This document shows positions 27,630 to 37,697 of a stretch of 58,682 nucleotides of DNA, in pieces (position 1 is the first letter of the stretch; each line of letters opens with the position of its first letter). Where the stretch lies: the NCBI GenBank assembly GCA_903850735.1, contig CAINMN010000198.1, positions 1-58,682 of the forward strand. The letters are read 5' to 3'. Origin of the DNA: an uncultured Burkholderiales bacterium. Its GTDB lineage: Bacteria; Pseudomonadota; Gammaproteobacteria; Burkholderiales; Burkholderiaceae_C. The notes under the pieces are model-generated. The model was not told the DNA's origin. It worked only from the letters and a program-made list of their open reading frames with translations, and ran no database searches. Made by a program: the position numbers and the translations under genes.

Positions 27630-28861
27630 TAGGTTGGGTCTGCGGCTTGAATTGTAGACGCGCTGGGCAGAAAAATTTCCTGCAAGTCACTCAAAAAATC
27701 AAATCCCCGCTCGGTCGGCGTCACCCGCTGAAAATCCCGGGTCACCAAGCCCTTGCCCTCGGCCTCGGCCAAGGCTTTCTGGATCGCCGACAAGGGCAAG
27801 CCGGTGCGCTCGCTGAACTGCGCCAACTCAAAGCCCTCACGAAGTCGCAACGCATTCAGCATGAACTCAAAGGGCAAATCTTTGCGGGCCACCTCATCCG
27901 ACTGCGTGACAGCTTGCCCGGCCAAGGCCTGTTCCATGTAGAGCTTGGGTTCGCGGTAGCGCACCTGACGAATCACGCGGTGCGCAAAGCTCAGCTTGCT
28001 GTGAGCGCCCGCCCCGATGCCCAGGTAGTCGCCAAACTGCCAATAGTTCAGGTTGTGCCAGCAACGGTGGTCGCTCTGCGCATAGGCCGACACCTCGTAG
28101 CGTTGCAAGCCCACTTGCGCCGTGCGCTCGGTGATGCGGTCCAGCATGGCGTAGGCATCGTCGTCCTCGGGCATGCCCTTGGGCGGGTACTTGGCAAACA
28201 GGGTGTTGGGCTCGAGGGTCAGGTGGTAGATGGACAGATGGGGTGGCTTCAGGGCCAAGGCCTGGTCCAGGTCTTCATCGAGTTGCGCCAGAGTCTGGCC
28301 CGGCAAGGCGTACATCAAGTCGATGTTGAAGGTGTCAAAGGCAGCGGCGGCTTCGTGCACCGCCGCCAGCGCTTGTTCGCGGTTGTGCACCCGCCCCAGC
28401 ACCTTCAAATGCGCGTCGTTGAAGCTTTGCACGCCAATGGACAAGCGGGTCACGCCCGCCGCGCGAAAGGCGCGGAAGCGGTCTTTCTCGAAGGTGCCCG
28501 GGTTGGCTTCGAGCGTGATTTCACATTCGGGCACCAGTCTCAAGCGAGCGCGCAAGTCGCTGATCAAGCGTTCGACGGCGGCCGGTGAGAACAGGCTGGG
28601 CGTGCCGCCCCCGATGAAAATGCTGTGCACCGAGCGGCCCCAAATCAGGGGCAATGCGGCTTCCACATCGGCACACAAAGCATCCAGGTAACGCGATTCG
28701 GGCAGTTCACCGACTGCATCGGTGCGCCATTCATGCGAATTGAAGTCGCAGTAGGGGCATTTGCGCAAACACCAGGGCAAATGCACATACAGCGACAAAG
28801 GTGGCAAAGCCGCCAGGCTCAAGGTGCCGGGGCGCATCAGGTGCTGAATGTCCAGGTTCAT
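27629..28861 (-). CDS. hemW: Radical SAM heme chaperone HemW
   Basis: YVHLPWCLRKCPYCDFNSH, GGGTPS, EANP, YEVSAY, HNLNYW; next to rdgB. Confidence 0.95.
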   Translation of the reverse strand: MNLDIQHLMRPGTLSLAALPPLSLYVHLPWCLRKCPYCDFNSHEWRTDAVGELPESRYLDALCADVEAALPLIWGRSVHSIFIGGGTPSLFSPAAVERLISDLRARLRLVPECEITLEANPGTFEKDRFRAFRAAGVTRLSIGVQSFNDAHLKVLGRVHNREQALAAVHEAAAAFDTFNIDLMYALPGQTLAQLDEDLDQALALKPPHLSIYHLTLEPNTLFAKYPPKGMPEDDDAYAMLDRITERTAQVGLQRYEVSAYAQSDHRCWHNLNYWQFGDYLGIGAGAHSKLSFAHRVIRQVRYREPKLYMEQALAGQAVTQSDEVARKDLPFEFMLNALRLREGFELAQFSERTGLPLSAIQKALAEAEGKGLVTRDFQRVTPTERGFDFLSDLQEIFLPSASTIQAADPT

Positions 28862-29466
28862 GCGAACCAGCGCTCCTGCATCAAGGCCAGCATTTGGCGC
28901 GCCGCCTGGCCGCGGTGGCTGTGGGCGTTTTTCACCTCCACCGGCAGTTCGGCGAAGGTCTTGCCAAAGGCGGGGATGTACATGATCGGGTCAAAGCCAA
29001 AGCCGTTGCTGCCCCTGGGTGCTTCGGTGATCTCGCCCACCGCGCGCCCCACCGCAATCAAGGGCTCCGGGTCTTCGGGTCGGCGCACGGCCACCAAGGT
29101 GCTGACCAAGGCAGCACGGCGGTTTTTCAGGCCAGCCATTTGCTCCAGCAAGGCACGCACATTGTTGTCATCGCCTTTGGGGTAGCCAAAGCGGGTGGCG
29201 TAGTAAGCGGTTTGCACGCCGGGCTCGCCGCCAAAAGCATCGACGCACAGACCGGCATCGTCGGCCACGGCCGGCAAGCCGCTGTGGGCGCTGGCATGGC
29301 GGGCTTTGGCCAAAGCGTTTTCCACAAAGGTGTGGAAGGGCTCGTCGGCCTCGGGAATGTTGAGCGTGCCCTGTGCCACCAAGGTCACTCCCACAGGAGC
29401 GAACATGGCTTGCAACTCGGCCAGCTTGCCGCGGTTGTTGGAGGCCAGCACCAACTGTTGGATCAT
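28858..29466 (-). CDS. rdgB: dITP/XTP pyrophosphatase
   Basis: [34 protein letters not shown]. Confidence 0.96.
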   Translation of the reverse strand: MIQQLVLASNNRGKLAELQAMFAPVGVTLVAQGTLNIPEADEPFHTFVENALAKARHASAHSGLPAVADDAGLCVDAFGGEPGVQTAYYATRFGYPKGDDNNVRALLEQMAGLKNRRAALVSTLVAVRRPEDPEPLIAVGRAVGEITEAPRGSNGFGFDPIMYIPAFGKTFAELPVEVKNAHSHRGQAARQMLALMQERWFA

Positions 29467-30191
29467 GCTTTCAGCGCCTCGTTTTGCAAGCGGGTCAATT
29501 CACGGATGCCGTCTTCCGCGAGCGACAGCAGCGTGTCCATTTCCTTGCGCGAGAAAGGCACGCCCTCGGCGGTTCCCTGCACTTCGACAAAATCGCCATC
29601 GCTGGTCATCACCACATTCATGTCGGTGTCGCAGGCCGAGTCTTCGGTGTACTCCAGGTCGAGCAGTGGCAGGCCCTCCAGAATGCCGACAGAAATCGCG
29701 GCAACGCCTTTCAGAATCGGGCTCTCGGTGAGTTTGCCTGACTTCATGAGAAAGCTCACAGCGTCTTGGGCCGCCACATAAGCGCCGGTGATGCTGGCGG
29801 TGCGGGTGCCGCCGTCGGCTTGCAGCACGTCGCAGTCAATGTGAATGGTGCGTTCGCCCAGCTTCTTCAAATCGAAAATGGCGCGCAGCGAGCGCCCGAT
29901 CAGGCGCTGGATTTCCTGGGTGCGGCCGCTTTGCTTGCCGCGTGCGGCCTCGCGGTCGCCGCGGGTGTGGGTGGCACGGGGCAACATGCCGTATTCCGCT
30001 GTGACCCAGCCCTCGCCACTGCCTTTTTTGTGGCCTGGCACTTTTTCTTCGACCGACGCGGTGCACAGCACCCGGGTCTGGCCAAACTCGATGAGCACCG
30101 AGCCTTCGGCATACACCGTGTAACCGCGGGTGATGCGCACCGGGCGCAGCTGATGGGGGGCGCGGGTTTGGCGGGAGGCAGGCAAGGTCAT
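29463..30191 (-). CDS. rph: Ribonuclease PH
   Basis: [43 protein letters not shown]. Confidence 0.97.
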   Translation of the reverse strand: MTLPASRQTRAPHQLRPVRITRGYTVYAEGSVLIEFGQTRVLCTASVEEKVPGHKKGSGEGWVTAEYGMLPRATHTRGDREAARGKQSGRTQEIQRLIGRSLRAIFDLKKLGERTIHIDCDVLQADGGTRTASITGAYVAAQDAVSFLMKSGKLTESPILKGVAAISVGILEGLPLLDLEYTEDSACDTDMNVVMTSDGDFVEVQGTAEGVPFSRKEMDTLLSLAEDGIRELTRLQNEALKA

Positions 30192-30312
30192 GGTCAAGTC
30201 CAAAAAGGGGGAACAAAACCCTGATTGTCCGGCAAGAACACCCCTGCTGCTAAGCCATTGCGCATGGCGGCACGCCAGCCTGAGATAATCTCGTTTTGTC
30301 CTGAGACACACA

Positions 30313-31230
30313 ATGCCCATTTACAGCATGACGGGCTACGCCAGCGCCCAAGCGTCGCTGACGCCCGAAACCAATGGCCGTGCCGGTGCCGGCACGCGCC
30401 TGGGGCTGGAAATTCGCTCGGTCAACAGCCGCTTCCTTGACCTGAGCTTTCGCATGCCCGAAGAGTTGCGCCCGCATGAAACTGCGCTGCGCGAGCTGCT
30501 GTCGGCCGGCCTCAAGCGCGGCAAGGTGGAAGTGCGCGCAGCCCTGGAGTCCTCGCAAGACAGCGCCCTGGCCGAACCCAGCCCGCGCTTGCTGCAACGC
30601 CTGAACGGCTTGCAGGACACCATTCAATCTTGGCTGCCAACGGCCCGCGCCTTGTCGGTGGCCGACGTGATTCGCCTGAGCGCCAGCCAATCGGCCTTGC
30701 CCGAGAACCTGGGTCCCACGGTCACCACCCTGGCCAAAACCGCGCTGAAACAACTGAACCAGGCCCGCGCCCGAGAGGGCGAGCGCCTGGCGCAAACCCT
30801 CAGAGACCGGGTGGCCCAGTTGCGTGCACTGGCCGAGCAAGCCGCTCCGCTCATTCCGCAACTGGTGGACCAGCAACGCCTGCGTTTTCTGGAGCGTTGG
30901 CGCGAGGCCATGGCTCTGACCGACGGCGCGGTGCTGCCCGAAGCCGCACAAGACCGCGCCTTGAGCGAAGCCACCGCCTTTGCCATCCGCATCGATGTGG
31001 CCGAGGAATTGACCCGGCTGAGCTCGCACCTGGTGGAAATTGACAACTTGCTGGACACCACGGCCAAGAACGATGGCGTGGGCAAGCGCCTGGACTTCCT
31101 GATTCAGGAATTGCACCGCGAAGCCAACACATTGGGCGCCAAATCGGCGGCCTTAGAACTGACACGCATCTCGGTCGACATGAAAGTGCTGATCGAGCAA
31201 ATGCGCGAACAAGTCCAGAACCTCGAATGA
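30313..31230 (+). CDS. yicC: YicC/YloC family endoribonuclease
   Basis: [46 protein letters not shown]. Confidence 0.95.
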   Translation: MPIYSMTGYASAQASLTPETNGRAGAGTRLGLEIRSVNSRFLDLSFRMPEELRPHETALRELLSAGLKRGKVEVRAALESSQDSALAEPSPRLLQRLNGLQDTIQSWLPTARALSVADVIRLSASQSALPENLGPTVTTLAKTALKQLNQARAREGERLAQTLRDRVAQLRALAEQAAPLIPQLVDQQRLRFLERWREAMALTDGAVLPEAAQDRALSEATAFAIRIDVAEELTRLSSHLVEIDNLLDTTAKNDGVGKRLDFLIQELHREANTLGAKSAALELTRISVDMKVLIEQMREQVQNLE

Positions 31231-31853
31231 TGAACACCTATCCCGGCAACCTTTTTGTGGTGGCGGCCCCCAGCGGCGCCGGCAAATCCAGTCTGGTGAA
31301 AGCGCTGATGGAGTTGGACGCCCGCGTTCAACCCTCGGTGTCGCACACCACCCGCGCCCCGCGCGGCCAGGAAAAGCATGGGCGCGAGTATTTCTTCGTG
31401 TCCGAGCAAGAGTTTGACGGCATGGTCAGCCACGGCGCCTTTTTGGAATGGGCCAATGTGCACGGACGGCGGTATGGCACCTCGCGCAAGGCGATTGAGG
31501 ACCGCATCAACCAGGGCGCCGACGTGGTGCTGGAAATCGACTACCAGGGTGCCCTGCAAATCAAGAAAATCTTTGAAAATGCCGTGCTGATTTTCATTCT
31601 GCCGCCGAGTTGGGACGAGCTGCGCTCGCGCCTGGAGCGCCGCGGCGAAGACGCGCCCGACGTCATCGAGGTGCGCCTGAAAAACGCCGCCGAAGAGATG
31701 GCGCAGGCCAAAGAATTTGACTACGTTATAATCAATGAATTGTTTGAGCGGGCCTTGTTCGACCTCAAGGCGGTTGTCCATGCCCAACGCCTCAAATACG
31801 CGGCGCAAAGCCGTGGCCGGGCAGACATCTTTCAAGCCCTCAACATCACCTGA
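31227..31853 (+). CDS. gmk: Guanylate kinase
   Basis: [29 protein letters not shown]. Confidence 0.97.
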   Translation: MMNTYPGNLFVVAAPSGAGKSSLVKALMELDARVQPSVSHTTRAPRGQEKHGREYFFVSEQEFDGMVSHGAFLEWANVHGRRYGTSRKAIEDRINQGADVVLEIDYQGALQIKKIFENAVLIFILPPSWDELRSRLERRGEDAPDVIEVRLKNAAEEMAQAKEFDYVIINELFERALFDLKAVVHAQRLKYAAQSRGRADIFQALNIT

Positions 31854-31869
31854 ATCCTGGAGAATCCTG

Positions 31870-32073
31870 ATGGCGCGCATCACCGTTGAAGACTGCCTCG
31901 AAAAGATCCCCAACCGTTTCCAGTTGGTTCTGGCCGCCACCTACCGTGCGCGCATGCTCAGCCAAGGCCACACGGCCAAGCTGGAAAGCAAGAACAAGCC
32001 TGCCGTCACCGCCTTGCGTGAAATCGCCGCTGGCAAAATCGGCCTAGAAATGCTGAAAAAGGTTCCGGGTTAA
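31870..32073 (+). CDS. rpoZ: RNA polymerase omega subunit
   Basis: [28 protein letters not shown]...ALREIA; GGAG RBS. Confidence 0.97.
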   Translation: MARITVEDCLEKIPNRFQLVLAATYRARMLSQGHTAKLESKNKPAVTALREIAAGKIGLEMLKKVPG

Positions 32074-32075
32074 TC

Positions 32076-32109
32076 CGTCATTGCGAGCCCCGACGGGGCG
32101 CGGCAATCC
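32076..32109. repeat. REP-like palindromic element
   Basis: CGTCATTGCGAG-CCCCGACGGGGCGC-GGCAATCC hairpin, resembling the GTCATTGCGAG...GCAATC class of dispersed repeats; one copy in the window. Confidence 0.55.
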
Positions 32110-32152
32110 CCCCCACACACTCAGCCCACGCCGTAAGGTGTAAAGTAAGGGC

Positions 32153-34414
32153 ATGAGTGCCGTCGTCAAACCCGTACTAGCGCCTGCCAGCCCCGCTGCA
32201 GTGAATGCGGCTGCGGCCAGTTTTGCGGCACTGGTGGCCAAACTGGACTACCTGGGGCCTGAAGGCATCGATTTGGTGCGCAAGGCCTACCGCTATGCCG
32301 ACCAAGCCCATCTGGGCCAAAAACGCAGCAGCGGTGAACCCTACATCACCCACCCCATCGCCGTAGCGGCGCAATGCGCCGAATGGCGCCTGGATGCCCA
32401 GGCCCTGATCGCGGCCTTGCTGCACGACGCCATGGAAGACTGCGGCGTCACCAAATCGGACCTGGTGGATCGCTTTGGCGCCTCGGTGGCAGAGCTGGTG
32501 GACGGCCTGACCAAGCTGGACAAGCTTCAGTTCAACACCCGCGAGGAAGGCCAGGCTGAGTCGTTTCGCAAAATGCTGCTGGCCATGGCGCGCGATGTGC
32601 GTGTCATCCTCATCAAGCTGGCAGACCGCACCCACAACATGCGCACCATGGGTGACATGCCGCGTGCCAAGTGGGGGCGCATCTCCAGCGAAACCCTGGA
32701 AATTTACGCGCCCATTGCCAACCGCCTGGGCCTGAACCAGACCTACCGCGAGTTGCAAGACCTGTCGTTCCGCTACCTTTTGCCCTGGCGTTACAAGGTG
32801 CTGGAAAAAGCCGTCACCCGCGCACGCAACCGCCGGCGCGACTTGATGCAAAGGGTGCAAAAGGAAGTGGAACATGCCTTTGGCAAAGCCGGCATGACGG
32901 TGCGGATTTTTGGCCGTGAAAAAACCTTGTACTCCATCTACAAGAAGATGGACAACAAGCACCTGAGCTTTGCGCAAGTCACCGACATCTACGGCATGCG
33001 CCTGATTGTCCCCAGCGTGGTCGATTGCTACACCGCGCTGGGCGTGTTGCATCAGCTGTACAAGCCGGTGCCGGGGCGCTTCAAGGACCACATTGCGATC
33101 GCCAAGCTCAACGGCTACCAATCGCTGCACACCACCTTGGTGGGCCCGTCGGGTATCAACATCGAATTCCAGATGCGCACCGACCCCATGCATGTGGTGG
33201 CGGAATCGGGTGTGGCGGCCCATTGGCTTTACAAGGCCCAAGAGCCCGGCAGTGAGCAAGCCGCGCGCCTGGGTACCAAGTGGCTGCAATCCTTGCTGGA
33301 CATTCAGGACGAAACCCACGACGCCACCGAATTTTGGGACCACGTCAAAGTGGACCTGTTCCCTGACGCCGTGTATGTGTTCACGCCCAAAAGCCGCATC
33401 ATGGCCATGCCGCGCGGCGCCACCGTGGTGGATTTTGCCTATGCGGTGCACAGCAACATTGGCGACCGCACGGTGGCAGGCAAGATCAACGGCGAAGCCG
33501 TGCCGCTGCGCACCGAATTGCGCAACGGCGATGTGATTGAAGTCATCACCGCCACCGACCCCGCCCCCAACCCCGCCTGGCTGGGCTTTGTGCGGACCGG
33601 ACGTGCCCGCTCCAAGATTCGCCACCATCTGAAAACCTTGGCGCAAACCGAGTCGCGCGAGCTGGGCGAGAAGTTGCTGACCCAAGCCATGCGCGCCGAA
33701 GGCATTGAAACCTTGCCGCCAGCCGAAGGTCGCTATGTGCCCATGTGGGACAAATTGCTGCGCTTCACAGGCAGCCGCACCCGCGATGAATTGTTGGTCG
33801 ACATTGGCCTGGGCAAACGTGTGGCCAGCATTGTGGCCAAGCGCCTGGTGGGCTTGTTGAGCGAGCTCGGCCAAAAACCCGATGCCCTGCTGCTGAGCCG
33901 CGAGCGCTTCACAGCGCACGAAACCTTGTCGCAAGGCAGCGTGCAAGTAGACGGCAGCGAAAACGCGTCCGTCCAATACGCACGCTGCTGCCACCCGGTC
34001 CCGGGCGACAACATTGTGGGCTACCTGGGCCGAGGCGAAGGGCTGGTGATTCACACCGAAGACTGCGCAGTGGGGCAACGCCTCAAGCACAAAGACAGCG
34101 AGCGCTTCATGGCCGTGGAATGGGCCGATGACCCGGTGCGCGCCTTCGAGGTGCCCTTGCTGGTCACCGTCAGCAACGGCAAAGGCGTGTTGGCGCGCGT
34201 GGCCGCTGCCATTGCCAAAGAAGAGGCCGACATCACCATGGTCAACAGCGGTGACGAGTCTGCCGGCGATGAAACCATCGAGCTGCGCTTTGTGGTGGCG
34301 GTGCGCGATCAGTCGCACCTGGAGTCGGTGCTGCGCAGCTTGCGCCGCACCAGCTCGGTCAGCCAGGCACGGCGCGTGGTGTCTTCCAAAACCTACCCGG
34401 CCGCGGGCGGGTAA
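32153..34414 (+). CDS. spoT: Bifunctional (p)ppGpp synthetase/hydrolase
   Basis: GEPYITHP, LLHD (HD), IKLADRTHNMRT, NGYQSLHT, TGS and ACT domains; gmk-rpoZ-spoT synteny. Confidence 0.96.
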   Translation: MSAVVKPVLAPASPAAVNAAAASFAALVAKLDYLGPEGIDLVRKAYRYADQAHLGQKRSSGEPYITHPIAVAAQCAEWRLDAQALIAALLHDAMEDCGVTKSDLVDRFGASVAELVDGLTKLDKLQFNTREEGQAESFRKMLLAMARDVRVILIKLADRTHNMRTMGDMPRAKWGRISSETLEIYAPIANRLGLNQTYRELQDLSFRYLLPWRYKVLEKAVTRARNRRRDLMQRVQKEVEHAFGKAGMTVRIFGREKTLYSIYKKMDNKHLSFAQVTDIYGMRLIVPSVVDCYTALGVLHQLYKPVPGRFKDHIAIAKLNGYQSLHTTLVGPSGINIEFQMRTDPMHVVAESGVAAHWLYKAQEPGSEQAARLGTKWLQSLLDIQDETHDATEFWDHVKVDLFPDAVYVFTPKSRIMAMPRGATVVDFAYAVHSNIGDRTVAGKINGEAVPLRTELRNGDVIEVITATDPAPNPAWLGFVRTGRARSKIRHHLKTLAQTESRELGEKLLTQAMRAEGIETLPPAEGRYVPMWDKLLRFTGSRTRDELLVDIGLGKRVASIVAKRLVGLLSELGQKPDALLLSRERFTAHETLSQGSVQVDGSENASVQYARCCHPVPGDNIVGYLGRGEGLVIHTEDCAVGQRLKHKDSERFMAVEWADDPVRAFEVPLLVTVSNGKGVLARVAAAIAKEEADITMVNSGDESAGDETIELRFVVAVRDQSHLESVLRSLRRTSSVSQARRVVSSKTYPAAGG

Positions 34415-34950
34415 CGCACGGCCAGCACTTCCACCTCTTGGGCGCCTTGCGGCGTGACCAGTCGCACCACATCGCCTTCGCGGGCCTTGAGCAAGGCGCG
34501 TGAGATCGGTGAAATCCAGCTCACCTGGCCCTGCAGGCTGTCGGCTTCGTCAATGCCCATGATGGTGACGGTGCGCTCCAAGCCCTGCTCGTCCACATAG
34601 GTCACTGTGGCACCAAAAAACACCTGATCGCTGCCATGGTGGACGCTGGGGTCGGTGACCTCGGCAATCTCCAGGCGCTTGGTCAAAAAGCGGATGCGGC
34701 GGTCGATTTCGCGCAAACGCTTCTTGCCGTACAGGTAGTCGCCGTTTTCAGAGCGGTCGCCATTGCTGGCCGCCCAATGCACGATCTCGACAATGCGCGG
34801 GCGCTCGTTGTCGATCAACTCCAACAACTCCGCGCGCAGCCGCGCGTAGCCCGCTGGCGTGATGTAGTTCTTGCCGCCCGCAGGCAAGGGCGGCAAGCCG
34901 GGTTCATCATCATCGTTCGACTCGGTTTCACGGGTGAAGGCTTTGCTCAT
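34393..34950 (-). CDS. greB: Transcription elongation factor GreB
   Basis: NYITPAGY, WAASNGDRSENGDYLYGKKRLREIDRRIRFLTKRL, SWISP. Confidence 0.96.
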   Translation of the reverse strand: MSKAFTRETESNDDDEPGLPPLPAGGKNYITPAGYARLRAELLELIDNERPRIVEIVHWAASNGDRSENGDYLYGKKRLREIDRRIRFLTKRLEIAEVTDPSVHHGSDQVFFGATVTYVDEQGLERTVTIMGIDEADSLQGQVSWISPISRALLKAREGDVVRLVTPQGAQEVEVLAVRYPPAAG

Positions 34951-34964
34951 GGCACCTCACAAGG

Positions 34965-34999
34965 AAAAAAGCCCGCCTCCCAAGGGAGACAGGCTTTTT
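34965..34999 (-). terminator. Intrinsic terminator after tRNA-Arg, immediately before greB
   Basis: Minus strand AAAAAGCCTGTCTCCC-TT-GGGAGGCGGGC-TTTTTT. Confidence 0.8.
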
Positions 35000-35003
35000 A
35001 AGA

Positions 35004-35080
35004 TGGTGCGGCTGGCAGGATTCGAACCCACGACCCCTTGGTTCGTAGCCAAGTACTCTATCCAACTGAGCTACAGCCGC
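35004..35080 (-). tRNA. tRNA-Arg(ACG)
   Basis: GCGGCTGTAGCTCAGTTGGATAGAG...CTTGG-CTACGAA-CCAAG...GTTCGAATCC...CCA; 77 nt; TG-C-TACAAT extended -10 upstream. Confidence 0.97.
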
Positions 35081-35153
35081 TGAGGAATGAAATTGTAGCA
35101 TGGTTTTCTGGGCGCGCGGCGCACCTGCGCCTTGAAGTCCCTCGCCAGGTCTT

Positions 35154-35510
35154 TCAAGGCTGGCGTTTTCGGAACTCTGCAGGCACCTCCACCCAGAGGT
35201 CCAACAAAAGAAAAGCGTTGCTCTTGCCGTGACCATCCAGGTTCAGGCTGCCGTTCACGCCGCCTTCCAGCACATTGTCAATGACAAAGTTGAAGGCGGG
35301 CAGCAAAGGCAGGTCATGGCGTGTCACTGCGGTGGCGCCGCGATGGGCATAGGCCGCTTGCACACGCTCAGGCGTCAATTGCAGGGCCAGTGCCTCATAA
35401 GCTCGCGGGTCATAAGGCATGAGGCAGACATTGAGGCGGTTGCCTTTGTCGCCAGCGCGCGCATGCGCCACTGCGTGCAGCTTCATTTTCACGGGGGTGG
35501 TTGAGCTCAT
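35154..35510 (-). CDS. AtuA-related small protein (stand-alone AtuA C-terminal domain)
   Basis: HARAGDKGN, NFVIDNVLEGG, SLNLDGHGKS; ATGA overlap with the upstream gene. Confidence 0.82.
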   Translation of the reverse strand: MSSTTPVKMKLHAVAHARAGDKGNRLNVCLMPYDPRAYEALALQLTPERVQAAYAHRGATAVTRHDLPLLPAFNFVIDNVLEGGVNGSLNLDGHGKSNAFLLLDLWVEVPAEFRKRQP

Positions 35511-36889
35511 GCCAGCCACGCCTGTGCTGTGCGCAAGGTGAAGCCCGACTTGATCAAGTCGGGCGCCACCAGGTAAGACTGGGTGCGAATGCGTTGCGTG
35601 GTGCGCCAGCGCACCCCGCCCCCGCCCGCAGGGCCGCAGCAATACAAGGCCAAGACCTCGCGTGCCGCCTGCTCGGCATCGTCTTGCAGAACCGAAGAGG
35701 CCGCCAAGCGCACCCGCACGTCTTGCGGCTGCGCTGAGGAACTTTGCCACAAAGTGCCAGCGTCGCCATCGTGCACGCTGGCCAGGCCAATGAGGTCGAT
35801 GCGCAAACTCACCGGCAGCTTGCGTTGGGCCACACGCTGGCGCAGCACCTCGGCTGCGCGCCGGGCACGCGCCACGCAGTTGGGGCCGGCATAGGATATT
35901 TCGCCCTCCCCCAACCAACCGCCATCGAAACAGGCCGTGACTTTGACGGTGCTCGGTGCCGGCTTGCCACGCATGCCTTGAATCTGAACCCGGTCCACGC
36001 CCACTTGATCGACACGCACGCTCGTCAAGTCAAGCACCACATCGGGCGTGATGTAGTGAGCAGGGTCGTGTATTTCATAAAGCAGTTGCTCTTTGACGGT
36101 TTCGGGCGACACCAGGCCACCCGTTCTCAAGGCCTTGGTGATGAACAAGCGGCCATCGGCATGCACTTCGGCGATGGGGAAACCGACATTGGCAGGATCC
36201 GGTACATCCTTGTACCCCGGGTCTTCGAAATAGCCACCGGTGATTTGCGCGCCGCACTCCAGCAAATGCCCGGCGGTGGCGCCCACCGCCAATTTTTGCC
36301 AATCGTCCATGGACCAGCCAAAGTGATGCATCAAAGGCGCCAAGGCCAGCGAAGGGTCGCCCGTGCGGCCGGTGACCACCACCTGGGCGCCGGCTTTCAA
36401 AGCTTGCACGATGGGCTGGGCAGACAAATAGGCGTTGGCAGCAATCAACTCACCCGCAGCCATGTCCAGGCCGGCATCGGCCTCGTAGACGGTGTGCTCG
36501 TTCAGGTTCAAGTCCTGCACATCGTCACCTTGCACCACGGCGATGCGCACATGGCTTTCGCCCAAGCGCTTCGCCAGCCGCGCAATCACGCGGGCCGCAG
36601 CCGGCGGGTTGGCCGCACCGAAGTTGCCAATCAGCGTGATGCCATGGCGCAGACACTTGAGCAGGATGGGCTCGAGCAGGCGCTCCAGCATGGGCTCGTA
36701 GCCGCGCTCGGAGTTTTTGCGTTTTTCCAATTGCGCCAAGGCCACGGTGCGTTCGGCCAGGGTTTCAAAAAACAAAGCGCTCGGCCCGCCCAGCTCAATC
36801 AGGGTGTCCACCACCGGGGCGGCGGCGTCTACCCTGTCCCCGGAAAATCCGGAGGCATTCCCCACGCGGAAGCACCCAAGGCTTGCCAT
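35507..36889 (-). CDS. Acyclic terpene utilisation AtuA (DUF1446) family protein
   Basis: SGFSGDR, ETLAERT, GHLLECGAQITGG, GFPIAE, EQLLYEIHDP, YITPDV, GPAGGGG. Confidence 0.9.
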   Translation of the reverse strand: MASLGCFRVGNASGFSGDRVDAAAPVVDTLIELGGPSALFFETLAERTVALAQLEKRKNSERGYEPMLERLLEPILLKCLRHGITLIGNFGAANPPAAARVIARLAKRLGESHVRIAVVQGDDVQDLNLNEHTVYEADAGLDMAAGELIAANAYLSAQPIVQALKAGAQVVVTGRTGDPSLALAPLMHHFGWSMDDWQKLAVGATAGHLLECGAQITGGYFEDPGYKDVPDPANVGFPIAEVHADGRLFITKALRTGGLVSPETVKEQLLYEIHDPAHYITPDVVLDLTSVRVDQVGVDRVQIQGMRGKPAPSTVKVTACFDGGWLGEGEISYAGPNCVARARRAAEVLRQRVAQRKLPVSLRIDLIGLASVHDGDAGTLWQSSSAQPQDVRVRLAASSVLQDDAEQAAREVLALYCCGPAGGGGVRWRTTQRIRTQSYLVAPDLIKSGFTLRTAQAWLA

Positions 36890-36891
36890 GC

Positions 36892-37695
36892 CTAGCGTCC
36901 CTGAAAACGAGGGGTGCGCTTTTCTGCAAAGGCTTTCCTACCCTCTTTGTAGTCTTCGCTGCTGAAGCAAGCATCCACCATGGCATGGACGAGCGCGATG
37001 TCTTGGTCCGCCGAAGCTTTGCGCAACTCCAGCAGAGAGCGTTTGGCTGCAGCCAGTGTCAACGGGGCGTTTTCGCAAACCATTTGGGCGTAAGCATGGA
37101 CCGCGGCATCGAATTCGGCTGTCGGCACCACCTGCTTGAGCAAGCCAAGGCGCAAAGCTTCTTCTGCGCCAAAAATGCGCGCGCTGAAAAACAAATCGGC
37201 CGTGTTGGCCACCCCCAGCACCTCGGTGAATCGCTGGATTCCCTCGTAGGCATAGCCCAAGCCCAATCGGCCCGCTGGCATGCGGAACTTGCTGTCTGCG
37301 CTCGCCATGCGCACATCGCAATCCAAGGCCAGGCCCAAGCCGCCGCCCATGCAAATGCCTCGAATTTTGGCCAGCGTGGGCTTGGGACAATCCAGGACTG
37401 AGGCGTAGCCCGCCTGTGTGGCCTGGTTGTAATGCGCGCTTGCATCGCCATCGCGATGGGTGCTGAACTGAGAAATATCGGCACCGGACACGAAGGCTTT
37501 GTCCCCAGCCCCTTGCAGAACGATCAGGCGTACTTCGGGGTTGCCCACCAAGGCTTGCATGGCCTTGGGCAGCGCCAGCCACATGTCGTAATTCACCGCA
37601 TTAAATTTACCGGGATTGTTGAAGGTGACATAGCCGACATGCCCCTCGACGTGGTGGTCCAGTTGGCCCACAGGTTGAGACACTGCGTCACTCAT
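36892..37695 (-). CDS. Enoyl-CoA hydratase/isomerase family
   Basis: AFVSGADIS, GICMGGG, EDYKEGRKAFAEKRTP. Confidence 0.93.
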   Translation of the reverse strand: MSDAVSQPVGQLDHHVEGHVGYVTFNNPGKFNAVNYDMWLALPKAMQALVGNPEVRLIVLQGAGDKAFVSGADISQFSTHRDGDASAHYNQATQAGYASVLDCPKPTLAKIRGICMGGGLGLALDCDVRMASADSKFRMPAGRLGLGYAYEGIQRFTEVLGVANTADLFFSARIFGAEEALRLGLLKQVVPTAEFDAAVHAYAQMVCENAPLTLAAAKRSLLELRKASADQDIALVHAMVDACFSSEDYKEGRKAFAEKRTPRFQGR

Positions 37696-37697
37696 GG

